Source: Nitriliruptorales bacterium (GTDB lineage Bacteria > Actinomycetota > Nitriliruptoria > Nitriliruptorales > JAHWKO01). From it: a stretch of DNA of 59,389 nt. A model generated the notes under the pieces. The model made no database searches, was not told where the DNA came from, and worked only from the letters and a program-made list of their open reading frames with translations. Below, in pieces: positions 38,301-46,078 of this stretch. The position numbers and the translations under genes were made by a program. Location of the stretch: assembly GCA_050700895.1 (NCBI GenBank), contig JBOHEE010000411.1, positions 1-59,389 on the forward strand, written 5' to 3'. Numbering within the stretch: the first letter of the stretch is position 1; the number at the start of each line of letters is the position of its first letter.

Positions 38301-39069
38301 TGCGGATGCGGTCCTCGTAGGCGTCGAGGAACTCGCGGAAGTCGAGGGTGTCCGCCTCCTTGATGGACGGGACGAGCAGGACCCGTTCCTCGCCGCGCTC
38401 GACGTCCACGGCGAGACCGAGGCCGACGTGCTCGCGAGGGATGCGGCCGGGCTTGCCGTCGACCTCGGTGAAGGTCGTCTTCATCGCCGGGACGGCCTCG
38501 AGGGCCTGCACCGCGGCGAAGGCGATGATGTGGGTGTAGGAGACCTTGCCGCCGTAGGTCCGCCGCAGGTAGTTGTTCGCGATCGTGCGGTTGACCTCGA
38601 GGAGCTTCGCCGGCACGACCCGCACGCTCGTCGCGGTCGGGACGCCGAGGCTCGTCTCCATGTTCTCGGCGATGCGGGCCTTGATGCCCCGTAGCCGCTC
38701 CCCGACGGGCTCCTCGGGTTCCGCTTCGGCCTCGGCGGCCTCCGCGCGAGCAGGCTCCTCCTCGGTCGGCTCCTCGGCGGGCCGCTCCTCAGGGGCCTCC
38801 GCCCCGGCAGGCTGCTCCTCGGTCGGCTCCTCGGCCGGACGCTCCTCAGGGGCCTCCGCCTCCTCGGCCGGGGGAGCCGCGGCGGCAGCCCCCGGACGCC
38901 CCCCGTCGCGATCGCCCGGCCGGTAGTCCTCGAAGAACTCCTGCCAGCTCGGGCTCAGCGAGTCGGGGTTCTCGCGGTACTGCTCGTACAGCTCGTCGAC
39001 GAGCCAGGTGTTCACCCCGAAGCCGTCACCGGGTGCCGGCTCGGTCTGCGTGGTCTCGTTTGTCGCCAT
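35359..39069 (-). CDS. kgd: Multifunctional 2-oxoglutarate decarboxylase/dehydrogenase Kgd/OdhA type (E1o fused to E2-like acyltransferase domain)
   Basis: 1236 aa. N-terminal FGVNTWLVDELYEQYRENPDSLSPSWQEFF, an acidic Pro/Glu linker, an E2-like core, then the ThDP E1 region. The 1537-aa plus-strand ORF 34081..38694 is its antisense shadow. Confidence 0.95.
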   Translation of the reverse strand: MATNETTQTEPAPGDGFGVNTWLVDELYEQYRENPDSLSPSWQEFFEDYRPGDRDGGRPGAAAAAPPAEEAEAPEERPAEEPTEEQPAGAEAPEERPAEEPTEEEPARAEAAEAEAEPEEPVGERLRGIKARIAENMETSLGVPTATSVRVVPAKLLEVNRTIANNYLRRTYGGKVSYTHIIAFAAVQALEAVPAMKTTFTEVDGKPGRIPREHVGLGLAVDVERGEERVLLVPSIKEADTLDFREFLDAYEDRIRKVRTNKLEPDDFAGTTMTITNPGTIGTVLSVPRLMQGQSVILGVGAIDHPAEYQAADPKMIARLGVSKTITLTSTYDHRVIQGAESGEWLARMHALLIGEDGFYDDIYRTLGIPYEPARWRQDRSPVESERAMLEKQAKVDQLAHMYRVRGHLIADLDPLSQRPPRLHPELDPTTYGLSIWDLEREFVTTVGREPIVKLGDLLGVLRDAYCRTVGIEYMHIQDPEEKRWIQERVEGVDSTLELAEKRHILERLNAAEAFERFLHTKYLGHKRFSLEGGESFIPLLDAVLEEACEARMDEVVMGMAHRGRLNVLANILGKSYRDIFSEFEGDIDPQTVQGSGDVKYHVGQHGVFEARAGGEVRVTMPSNPSHLEAVDPVVEGMARAKQDILDEPEAFRVLPVLVHGDAAFAGQGVVAEVLNLSQLRGYRTGGTVHVIINNQLGFTTPPEAARSSEYPTDIARAVQAPIFHVNGDDPEAVVRVARLAFAYRQAFHKDVVIDLVCYRKLGHSEADDPSYTQPLMYQQIEQMRSTRKVYTERLVKRGDFSMEEAEQGLDDFQKRLDEAFDKTKETRPPKEEPVKRTPPPIAPLPPVETGVKRDVLDHIVDTIFGEPEGFHMHPKLKRLFDRATGRYREEGRVDWPLGEQLAFGSLLLEGTTVRLAGQDSRRGTFSQRHAVVADYETGEEYFPLANLAEEQGRLFLYDSLLSEFAAVGFEYGYSVANRDALTIWEAQFGDFVNGAQVIIDQFIVAAEDKWGQSSGLVMLLPHGYEGQGPEHSSARIERFLVLAAQDNIQLVNATTAAQYFHVLRRQIHRDVKRPLVVFTPKSLLRSGHSASSPEDFTSGHFQEVVDDRRVGDPDGVRRVVLCSGKVGYEAMERRDEREAPAAVVRLEQLYPWPADQLREVIGRYPDADEVLWLQEEPENMGPWPFAHSRLHRLLGDDHRLMHASRSESPSPATGSSTIHEQEQERLLQEAFDGLD
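38751..38864 (-). repeat. 57-bp (19-codon) tandem duplication inside the Kgd acidic linker
   Basis: 53-nt cores at 38751..38803 and 38808..38860 differ at a few positions. They encode EAPEERPAEEPTEE(Q/E)PA twice. Confidence 0.8.
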
Positions 39070-39203
39070 CGTCCCGTCTTCGACGGTCCACCGCGGATGG
39101 TACTGAGCGCGTCAAAGTGTCCTCCCGCCGCCTGGACTTGTGAAGGGGGAACCTCCGGCGGCCCGGCGGCGTCCCACCTGCAGCCGGACGTGGAGGTGGG
39201 AGC

Positions 39204-40199
39204 ATGAGAACCCGATCCGTGGCGACGGTGGCCGGGCCGCTGGCCCTGACGCTCGTTCTGGGAGCCTGCGGGGGTGGAAGCGACGACGCGGGCACGACCG
39301 CCGGGGACGAGCCAGCCGCGGAGGCCGCGCCTGACCAGGCCCAGCGCGCGTTCGGTGGCGAGGAGGAGGCCGCCCGAGGCGATCTGGACGACACCCGGGA
39401 CGGCTCGGCCTCGACCACTGACCGGCCGGGCTTCTCGGCCGCGAGCCAGGACATCTCCATCCAGTCGCTGCGCAAGGTCATCCGCGACGCGGACATCTCG
39501 ATCGTCGTGGAGGACACCGATCGGGCCTTCACCCAGATCCGCCAGCTCGCGAACCGCAGTGGCGGCTACATCGCCTCGGCCGACCTCCAGCAGCTCCACG
39601 AACGCGAGGGCGACGAGCCGCAGCTCTTCGGCACGGTGGTCCTGCGCGTTCCGTCGAGCGGGCTCGACGACGTCCTCGGCGAGCTGGAGCGGCTCGCGGT
39701 GAAGGTGACCTCGAAGTCGCTGTCCAGCGACGACGTGACCGACGAGTACGTCGATCTCGAGGCGCGCCTGACGAACCTCCGCGCCCTCGAGTCGGAGCTG
39801 CAGGAGCTGCTCGCCGAGGTGCGCCAGGCCGGCGATCCCGACCCCGACGACCTCTTCGTCGTCTTCGAACGCATCCGCCAGGTCCGCGACGAGATCGAGC
39901 GCATCCAGGGGCGCCTGCGCATGCTCGACGAGCTCGTCGACCTGTCGACGGTGACCGTCCGCCTGGCGCCGAGCTCCGACCCCCAGGTCCTGACGACGGC
40001 ACGCGGCCCGTGGGAGCCCGGTCAGATCGTGGCGGAGGCCGCCTCCGCTCTGGTCGCCGCGGTCCAGGGGGTCGCGAACGTCGCGATCTGGCTCGGAATC
40101 TTCGTTCTGCCCGTCCTCGCGATGCTCGCCTTCCCCGCGGTCGCCGCGCTCCTCGGCTACCGCTGGTGGAGGCGGAAGGGCGAGGCCACCGCGGCTTGA
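39204..40199 (+). CDS. DUF4349-family lipoprotein
   Basis: Lipobox LVLGAC, a central region with coiled-coil (YVDLEARLTNLRALESELQELL) and a C-terminal TM pair. This is the characteristic DUF4349 layout. Confidence 0.7.
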   Translation: MRTRSVATVAGPLALTLVLGACGGGSDDAGTTAGDEPAAEAAPDQAQRAFGGEEEAARGDLDDTRDGSASTTDRPGFSAASQDISIQSLRKVIRDADISIVVEDTDRAFTQIRQLANRSGGYIASADLQQLHEREGDEPQLFGTVVLRVPSSGLDDVLGELERLAVKVTSKSLSSDDVTDEYVDLEARLTNLRALESELQELLAEVRQAGDPDPDDLFVVFERIRQVRDEIERIQGRLRMLDELVDLSTVTVRLAPSSDPQVLTTARGPWEPGQIVAEAASALVAAVQGVANVAIWLGIFVLPVLAMLAFPAVAALLGYRWWRRKGEATAA

Positions 40200-40206
40200 C
40201 CCGCGC

Positions 40207-40395
40207 TCAGACCAGCCCGCCGAGAGCGGCGCCGATGGCGAGGGTGGCGAGGTAGGCGAGAAGGCCACCTCCGACGATGGCGGCACGGAACCAGCCGTCG
40301 AGGCGCGCCGCGAAGGCGTGGTAGGCGATCACCCCAACGAGGAACCGACGGAGCACGGCGCCGGACCGTATCCGGCGCGGCCGCTCCCGCGTCAC
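40207..40395 (-). CDS. 62-aa two-TM membrane protein, translationally coupled to upstream gene
   Basis: GTG at 40395 overlaps the TGA of ORF 40392..41381 as GTGA. Hydrophobic FLVGVIAYHAF...AAIVGGGLLAYLATLAIGAALGGLV. The longer track ORF (to 40662) is rejected. Confidence 0.45.
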   Translation of the reverse strand: MTRERPRRIRSGAVLRRFLVGVIAYHAFAARLDGWFRAAIVGGGLLAYLATLAIGAALGGLV

Positions 40396-41381
40396 AGGGC
40401 GTCCTCGTCGATGCGGTGGTCCCAGGCATCGATGGCGGCGCTCCAGCCTTCCTCGTGCTCGAAGGCGACGCGGAGGCGCCACCCGGCTGCGTCGGGGACG
40501 GCGATCACGAACCAGCGCAGCCGCCCGAGCTCCGGCTCGAGGCGGGACGCGCCGTCGCCGGCGGCGACCCCGGTGGCCGCGTGGAGGACCCAGAGGGCGG
40601 ACGATCTCCCGGCCGACATGCCACGCCGTCGTCCATAGGCCCCGCCGGACGCCGCCGTCCACGCGAGCCGCGACATCGCCTCGCCGATCTCCACCGGCGC
40701 GAGCTCGACCGGACTGCCGACGACGGCATGCGCTGCGGCGACGGCGTCGCCCTCGACGGCGGCGACGACGCAGCCGCCGTTGGAGGCCTCAGCCCAGGTC
40801 GCCGCGACCTCCAGCAGGGCGCGGCGGAGATCCGGCCGGTCAGCAGGAGGCACGTCCGACCCTGACGCCTCGCGGAACCGCGACGGGTCGACCGCCGGGG
40901 GACCGCCCTCGACGAGGTCGTGGGACCGGTAGATCGGCAGCGGGTAGTCGGGCTCCCATGGCAGCAGCGTGAGCGGGAGGCCGAGCTCGCCTGGATGCGT
41001 ACGGGGGTCTCCCCGCAGGTCCTCCCCTCGCAGGATCCGCTCCTGGGCGAGGGTCGCGGCCACCCACGGCTCCGCGAGATGGTCGGCGAGTTCCTCCCAG
41101 GAGTGCGTCGACGCCGCGACCTCGGTCAGCGGTCCCAGTGCGAATCGCCCCGCGCCGGTCCGGCACACACCGGCGGCGTGCTCACCCGGTGCTTCGAGAG
41201 CGAGCCGGTACTCGATGAACTGTGCGACCGACCAGAGCTGCCGGCCGTGCTCGATCGCCTGGTTGCAGCGGTCGCGCAGCGCGAGCAGCCCGTCCCAGTC
41301 CCGCTGGTCACACCGCCGATCCACCTCCAGCAGCAGCTCGGACGGATCGCCGCGTCGGACGAGCTCCTCGAGGTCAGTCAC
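40392..41381 (-). CDS. Hypothetical cytoplasmic protein (no family recognised)
   Basis: 329-aa ORF with coding-like composition and an ATG start (MTDLEELVRRGDPSELLLEVDRRCDQRDWDGLLALRDRC). No motif I can name. Confidence 0.6.
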   Translation of the reverse strand: MTDLEELVRRGDPSELLLEVDRRCDQRDWDGLLALRDRCNQAIEHGRQLWSVAQFIEYRLALEAPGEHAAGVCRTGAGRFALGPLTEVAASTHSWEELADHLAEPWVAATLAQERILRGEDLRGDPRTHPGELGLPLTLLPWEPDYPLPIYRSHDLVEGGPPAVDPSRFREASGSDVPPADRPDLRRALLEVAATWAEASNGGCVVAAVEGDAVAAAHAVVGSPVELAPVEIGEAMSRLAWTAASGGAYGRRRGMSAGRSSALWVLHAATGVAAGDGASRLEPELGRLRWFVIAVPDAAGWRLRVAFEHEEGWSAAIDAWDHRIDEDAL

Positions 41382-41527
41382 CGTGCACCCGTGCGACCCG
41401 TCCGCAACCCGTCCTCCTCGTCGCGCCCTGGCGCGGCGTGCGCGAGGCTAATGCCTGAACGGGCCCGGGTGCCGGGCGTTGCGGGCGGGTCGTTACGCTG
41501 CCGGCACCGACCCGAAAGCCGCAGACC

Positions 41528-42325
41528 ATGACCGAGCCCGAGGAGTACGACTACGGCGAGCTCCTCGTCATCCAGCACGCCGAGCACACGGGACCCGCAG
41601 CACTGACCGAGGTTCTCGACACGCGAGCCGGTCGCCGTCCGTGGCGGCTCGTCGACCTCGGTGCGGGCGCCCCGTTCCCGTCGCTCGACCGGGTACGAGG
41701 CATCGTCGTTCTCGGGGGGCCGATGGGCGTGCGTGACCGTGAGGAACACCCCTGGATCGACGCGGAGATCGCCGCGATCCAGGAGGCACAGGAACACGAG
41801 ATCCCCCTCTTCGGCATCTGCCTCGGGGTGCAGCTCCTCGGCGAGGCCCTCAACGGCCGGGTCGAGACGCGCGACCTGCCCGAGATCGGCCTCATCGCGC
41901 TGACGCGAACCGAGGCCGGGTCGGCGGATCCGGTCTTCGCCGGCTGGCCCGACGGGGCGAGCGCTCTCTTCCTGCACGACGACGAGGTCGTCGCGCTCCC
42001 CGACGGGGCCGAGCCGATGCTCGAAGGCTCGGACGGGGTGGCCGCCTGGCGATCGCCTGACGGGGTGAGCTACGGCGCGCAGTTCCACCCGGAGGTCGAC
42101 GCCGCGCAGGCGGCCGCATGGCTGGCCCGGGAGGACAACCGGGAGCGCTTCGCCCGCGTCGGCGTCGACCCCGACGACTTCGTCGAGGAGACGCGACGCA
42201 GAGAGCGCTTCCTCCTCGCGGCCGGCCTCTCCCTCGTGGGGCGCTGGATCGACGCGGTCGTCGGCCGCAACGACCCGGATCCCGTGCGCGGACGGCGGGC
42301 CGGCAGCGCGTCACGGCGGTCCTAG
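41528..42325 (+). CDS. Class I glutamine amidotransferase-like protein
   Basis: IVVLGGPMGV...PLFGICLGVQLL carries the nucleophile Cys elbow. There is an HPE triad region near AQFHPEVD. Confidence 0.8.
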   Translation: MTEPEEYDYGELLVIQHAEHTGPAALTEVLDTRAGRRPWRLVDLGAGAPFPSLDRVRGIVVLGGPMGVRDREEHPWIDAEIAAIQEAQEHEIPLFGICLGVQLLGEALNGRVETRDLPEIGLIALTRTEAGSADPVFAGWPDGASALFLHDDEVVALPDGAEPMLEGSDGVAAWRSPDGVSYGAQFHPEVDAAQAAAWLAREDNRERFARVGVDPDDFVEETRRRERFLLAAGLSLVGRWIDAVVGRNDPDPVRGRRAGSASRRS

Positions 42326-42334
42326 CCAGGAGGC

Positions 42335-42470
42335 TGAGGAGCTCCTGACGGTCGCGACGGAACGCTCGGTCGACCTCATCGTCATCGGGGCGCAGGCACG
42401 GGCACACGAGGGGCGGCCGTTCCTCGGCCACGGGACCGAGATGCTGCTGTCGGGCACCCGCCCGCCGTGG
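42335..42470 (+). pseudogene. Possible C-terminal remnant of a universal stress protein gene
   Basis: The +2 frame reads AEELLTVATERSVDLIVIGAQARAHEGRPFLGHGTEMLLSGTRPP. This resembles a USP C-terminus (aDLIVvGsrG...llGSv...vl...PV). No N-terminal part is present. Confidence 0.3.
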
Positions 42471-42546
42471 CGCTCCGCGAGGTGCGCTGGAGCGCGCGCG
42501 CCAGGCCGTTCTCGTCGCCGTCTTCCCGCAGCGGCGGTGACTAGTA

Positions 42547-42654
42547 GTCGGGGACTACGTTCCGCGCAGCCGCGAGAGACCTGCGAGGACAGCTCTTCTG
42601 GGGGGCTGCAGCCCCCCAGACCCCCTGGCTCCACTCCTTGAGTCCCCGAGCCCC
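42547..42654 (+). repeat. Palindromic intergenic repeat element, copy A (long form)
   Basis: GTCGGGGACTACGTTCCGCGCAGCCGCGAGAGACCTGCGAGG...CCACTCCTTGAGTCCCCGAGCCCC. It shares 5' and 3' modules with copies B and C. It contains a perfect 22-bp palindrome CTGGGGGGCTGCAGCCCCCCAG at 42598..42619. It lies between convergent gene ends. Confidence 0.8.
42598..42619. terminator. Perfect 22-bp GC-rich palindrome, candidate bidirectional terminator
   Basis: CTGGGGGGCTG/CAGCCCCCCAG lies between the 3' ends of the GATase gene (+) and the CvpA-CAP gene (-). There is no U tract on either side, as is common in high-GC actinobacteria. Confidence 0.4.
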
Positions 42655-42657
42655 TAG

Positions 42658-43716
42658 CTAGCCGTTGAACTCCTGGCTCACCATGAGCCCGAACGGACCG
42701 GCGTAGACGCCGATCCCGATGCGTGTGAACTCCCGGTTCAGGATGTTCGCCCGGTGTCCCGGGGAGTCCATGAGGCCTCGATGGGCCCGCTCGGCCGTCG
42801 GGGCCAACGCGAGGTTCTCGCCGGCGACGTCGAAGCGGATCCCCGCGGCGCGCATGCGATCGAAGGGATCGGTGCATCCCGGAGCGTCACTGCCCTCCGT
42901 GCGACACGGGGGGGTGGTGTGAGCGAAGAAGCCCTCGAGGTACATCTGGCGCGAGTAGGCCCGGGCGACGTCTCTGAGCGCTGGGTCGTGCTCCACCGGA
43001 TCCAGTCCGGCCTCGGCCCGGGCCTGGTTGAGGAGGGCGAGGATCTCGTCCTCGGCGGCGGGTGCCACCGAGATCTCGCTCTCGCTCGCCGGCGGGAACG
43101 TGTAGACGGTGCCGTTGGGCTGCTCCGGGGGGGCGTCGACCGGCGGGAGGTTCTCGCAGAGAGAGACCCCGTGGGAGAGCGTGAGGCCGTCGGAGATCTG
43201 CTGGCTGACCCAGAGCAGCGCGGGACGGGCGAGGGTCGCCACGCGCTCGGCTCCGCCGTGGAGGGGGTTCGCGGTGGAGATGAATCCGCGTGCGACCGCG
43301 CTCTCGCAGACCGGCCGGGCCAGCGCCGCCCGCGCGCCGGGAGCGGTGACCCCCAGCAGCAGCACCGCGGTGACGAGGAGCACGCTCCAGGTCGTCGCGA
43401 GGATGCTCCCGCCGACACCGTCGAGGATGAGGGCCGCGTGGGGGAGCCGCCGGACGTGCCCGCCGACGCTTCTCGCTACCACGATCGAGGCGATGAACAC
43501 GATCCCGAACACGCCGATCCCGGTCAGGGCAGCCGTCCACCCCGACGTGACCCCGCGGATCGCCGGCCAGGTGACCGTCGCCACCACGATGGCCAGGATC
43601 AAGCCGAGGAGCTCGACCCCCTCCACGACGAGACCACGACGCCACCCCCGGTAGGCGTAGACCGCCACGGAGGCGAGCAGCAGAAGGCTCAGGACCACGG
43701 TGGAGAATGATGCCAC
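42658..43716 (-). CDS. CvpA-like membrane domain fused to CAP/SCP (YkwD-like) extracellular domain
   Basis: Four N-terminal TM helices. The C-terminal region EILALLNQARAEAGLDPVEHDPALRDVARAYSRQM...GENLA...HRGLMDSPGHRANIL...IGIGV is a typical CAP-domain signature. Confidence 0.7.
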   Translation of the reverse strand: MASFSTVVLSLLLLASVAVYAYRGWRRGLVVEGVELLGLILAIVVATVTWPAIRGVTSGWTAALTGIGVFGIVFIASIVVARSVGGHVRRLPHAALILDGVGGSILATTWSVLLVTAVLLLGVTAPGARAALARPVCESAVARGFISTANPLHGGAERVATLARPALLWVSQQISDGLTLSHGVSLCENLPPVDAPPEQPNGTVYTFPPASESEISVAPAAEDEILALLNQARAEAGLDPVEHDPALRDVARAYSRQMYLEGFFAHTTPPCRTEGSDAPGCTDPFDRMRAAGIRFDVAGENLALAPTAERAHRGLMDSPGHRANILNREFTRIGIGVYAGPFGLMVSQEFNG

Positions 43717-43734
43717 GCCCCGCCGTGGTTGCCG

Positions 43735-44010
43735 TCAGCCACCGGCGACCGCCGGGACGATGGACACGACGTCCCCGTCGCCGACGGTCGTGTCGAGCCC
43801 GTCCTGGTAGCGGACGTCCTCGTCGCGAACGAAGACGTTGACGAACCGGCGCAGCTCGCCGTCCTCGTCGAGGAGGCGCTCGGTGATGTCCGGATGCGCC
43901 CGGGCCAGCTTCGCGATCACCTCCCGGACGTCGGCGCCCTCCACCTCGACGGTGGCAGCGCCGCCGGTGTGCTTGCGGAGTGGGCTCGGGATGCGGACGG
44001 TCGCGGTCAT
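43735..44010 (-). CDS. MoaD/ThiS-family sulfur-carrier protein ending in Gly-Gly (CysO/MetO-like)
   Basis: 91 aa. MTATVRIPSPLRKHTGGAATVEVEG...FVNVFVRDEDVRY...GDGDVVSIVPAVAGG*. ATG 44010 overlaps the upstream stop as ATGA. The rest of the 656-aa track ORF is artefact. Confidence 0.85.
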   Translation of the reverse strand: MTATVRIPSPLRKHTGGAATVEVEGADVREVIAKLARAHPDITERLLDEDGELRRFVNVFVRDEDVRYQDGLDTTVGDGDVVSIVPAVAGG

Positions 44011-45284
44011 GACTGTTCTCCTGCGAATGTGAGCTGCTCCTCGAACGCCGTCAACGACGGTTCGATGGTGAACGTGGGGCCGACCCGCCCGCTGAGCGCG
44101 TCGAGGGTCTTCAGCCCGTGCCCGGTGACGAACGCGACCACCCGCTCGTCGCGCCCGATGACCCCCTCGCGGGCGAGCTTCGCGAGCGTGCCGATCGTGA
44201 CGCCGCCGGCGGTCTCGGCGAACAGGCCCTCGGTCTCGGCGAGCAGGCGGATCGCCGAGACGATCTCCTCGTCGGTCACCGCTGCGATGGCGCCGCCGGC
44301 CTCCCGCACGGCTCGGACCGCGTAGGTCCCGTCCGCCGGATCGCCGATCGCCAGGGACCGGGCGATCGTGTCCGGCTTCACCGGCCGGATGCGGTCGGTC
44401 CCCTCCGCGAACGCGGTGGCGACCGGGCTGCAGCCAGCCGCCTGGGCGCCGGAGATGCGCACGTCGTGCGGCGCGACGAGGTCGTGCGCGACGAGCTCCC
44501 CGAGCGACTTGTGGACCTTGACGAGCTGGGCGCCGGACGCGATCGGCACGACGATGTGGTCGGGGAGCTCCCAACCGAGCTGTTCGGCCACCTCGAAGCC
44601 GAGCGTCTTCGAGCCTTCGGCGTAGTAGGCACGGAGGTTCACGTTCACGAACCCCCAGCCGCGGTCGTCGGCGATCTCGGCGCAGAGGCGGTTGACGTCG
44701 TCGTAGCTGCCCTTCACGGCCACGACCGTGGCCCCGTACACCGCCGACGTGGCGATCTTCGCCTGCTCGAGGTCGTGCGGGATGACGACGTAGGCGGGCA
44801 TCCCCGCCTTCGCGGCACCCGCCGCGACCGCGTTCGCGAGGTTGCCGGTCGAGGCGCAGGCGAGCGTCGTGATGCCGAGCGACTGCGCGGCGTTGAGCGC
44901 CACCGCGACCACACGGTCCTTGAACGAGCCCGAGGGGTTGCGCGTGTCGTCCTTGAGCCAGAGCTCGCCGAGCCCGAGCTGCTCGGCGAGCCGGGGGGCG
45001 GGGACGAGCGGCGTGAAGCCGGCGCCGAGATCGGCAGGGACGGGCTGCTCCTCGAGGATCGGCAGGAGCGGGGCGTAGCGCCAAAGGTTCCGCGGGCCGG
45101 CCTCGATCGCGGCACGGTCGACCGTCCGGTCGTCGCGGTAGGCGACCTCCAGCGGCCCGAAGCACTCGCCGCAGACGTGTACGGGTCCGAGCTCCTCGGG
45201 TGTGCCGCACTCGCGGCAGCGGAGCCCGTCGATGGTTGGGCTGAGCGTGTCCAGGGCTGACTCCTGTCCTGTCGTGGAGGACAC
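44007..45284 (-). CDS. PLP-dependent threonine-synthase-family enzyme with N-terminal zinc ribbon (MetM-like candidate)
   Basis: LRCRECGTPEELGPVHVCGECFGPLEV, then PLP lysine motif NPSGSFKDRVV and GNLANAV. GTG 45284 is chosen downstream of the riboswitch terminator. Confidence 0.85.
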   Translation of the reverse strand: MSSTTGQESALDTLSPTIDGLRCRECGTPEELGPVHVCGECFGPLEVAYRDDRTVDRAAIEAGPRNLWRYAPLLPILEEQPVPADLGAGFTPLVPAPRLAEQLGLGELWLKDDTRNPSGSFKDRVVAVALNAAQSLGITTLACASTGNLANAVAAGAAKAGMPAYVVIPHDLEQAKIATSAVYGATVVAVKGSYDDVNRLCAEIADDRGWGFVNVNLRAYYAEGSKTLGFEVAEQLGWELPDHIVVPIASGAQLVKVHKSLGELVAHDLVAPHDVRISGAQAAGCSPVATAFAEGTDRIRPVKPDTIARSLAIGDPADGTYAVRAVREAGGAIAAVTDEEIVSAIRLLAETEGLFAETAGGVTIGTLAKLAREGVIGRDERVVAFVTGHGLKTLDALSGRVGPTFTIEPSLTAFEEQLTFAGEQS

Positions 45285-45325
45285 GGGCGACCCGGCACCC
45301 TCCCTGTCGGACAGGTCCCGGCACC

Positions 45326-45352
45326 AGAACGGGCCTCCCGCCTGGGAGGCCC
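45326..45352 (-). terminator. Riboswitch expression-platform terminator hairpin
   Basis: The minus strand reads GGGCCUCCC-AGGC-GGGAGGCCC followed by GUUCUGGU. It lies between the SAM-I aptamer and the start codon. Confidence 0.65.
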
Positions 45353-45378
45353 GCTGAGTTGACGTCGCGACACGCCCG

Positions 45379-45489
45379 CTCATCGTCTCCCGCTGGCGCG
45401 GAAGCCGGGTTTGGCACCGTCCCCGTCGCGTCCACGGGCGGTTGCCGAGGCTTCGTCGGGCCCGAGCCCTCCACCTCTCCGGATGAGTT
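45379..45489 (-). ncRNA. SAM-I (S-box) riboswitch aptamer
   Basis: The minus strand reads AACUCAUCCGGAGAGGUGGAGGGCUCGGGCCCGACGAAGCCUCGGCAACCGCCCGUGGACGCGACGGGGACGGUGCCAAACCCGGCUUCCGCGCCAGCGGGAGACGAUGAG. P1 is CUCAUC/GAUGAG. The conserved blocks GAGGG..GGCCCGA.GA.GC....GCAACC and GGUGCCAA..CC.GC are all present. Confidence 0.9.
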
Positions 45490-45637
45490 GCGCTGCGCAC
45501 GGTGCCACCATGCCGCTGTCAGCGCAACTCGGTTCCCGATCCCGTCCCGATCACATCGCGCAGTCGACACTCGGACGACGCCCTCGATCGGTACGCTCCG
45601 GAGCGACGGGGGGCCAGTCTCGTCCAGGAGACGGCAG

Positions 45638-46078
45638 ATGGCGAGCAGAGCCAAGGTGCTGGTCGTCGACGACGAGCCCGACGTCCTCCTTCTCTGCCGC
45701 GTCAACCTCGAGTTCGAGGGCTACGAGGTCTTGGAGGCCGGCGACGGCGAAGAGGCGATGGAGAAGGTCCACGATCAGGGGCCCGACGTCGTCCTCCTCG
45801 ACGTGATGATGCCGAAGATGGACGGCTGGCAGGTCCTCGCGGCATTGAAGGGCGACCACCGCACGGCCGACATCCCGGTCGTTATGCTGACCGCGAAGGT
45901 CCAGGACCAGGACCAGATCCGCGGCTGGTCGGGCGGCGCCGCGGACTACATCACCAAGCCCTTCTCGCCGCTGTCGCTGTCGCTGGTGCTCGAGAACGTC
46001 CTGAACAACGACCCCGAGGAGGAGGAGCGGCGCCGCCGCGCCATCCTCGAGAAGCTCCAGCTGCTCCAGAAAGGCTAG
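45638..46078 (+). CDS. Single-domain (CheY-like) response regulator
   Basis: KVLVVDDEPDV...PDVVLLDVMMPKMDGW...PVVMLTAK...ADYITKPF carries the full receiver acidic pocket, phospho-Asp, Thr and Lys. There is no output domain. Confidence 0.88.
   Translation: MASRAKVLVVDDEPDVLLLCRVNLEFEGYEVLEAGDGEEAMEKVHDQGPDVVLLDVMMPKMDGWQVLAALKGDHRTADIPVVMLTAKVQDQDQIRGWSGGAADYITKPFSPLSLSLVLENVLNNDPEEEERRRRAILEKLQLLQKG

Noticed and set aside
34081-38694. 1537-aa plus-strand ORF, the longest in the track
   Set aside because: It is antisense to kgd and the NuoF-like gene. Its composition (Arg/Asp/Glu/Leu/Val/Gly runs, no motifs) is typical of shadow ORFs in GC3-saturated DNA. The minus strand carries unmistakable Kgd motifs.
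44011-45705. N-terminal 565 codons of the 656-aa minus-strand ORF 43735..45705
   Set aside because: It is out of frame with the ThrC-family gene and runs through the SAM riboswitch. Only the last 91 codons (the MoaD-like gene) are real.
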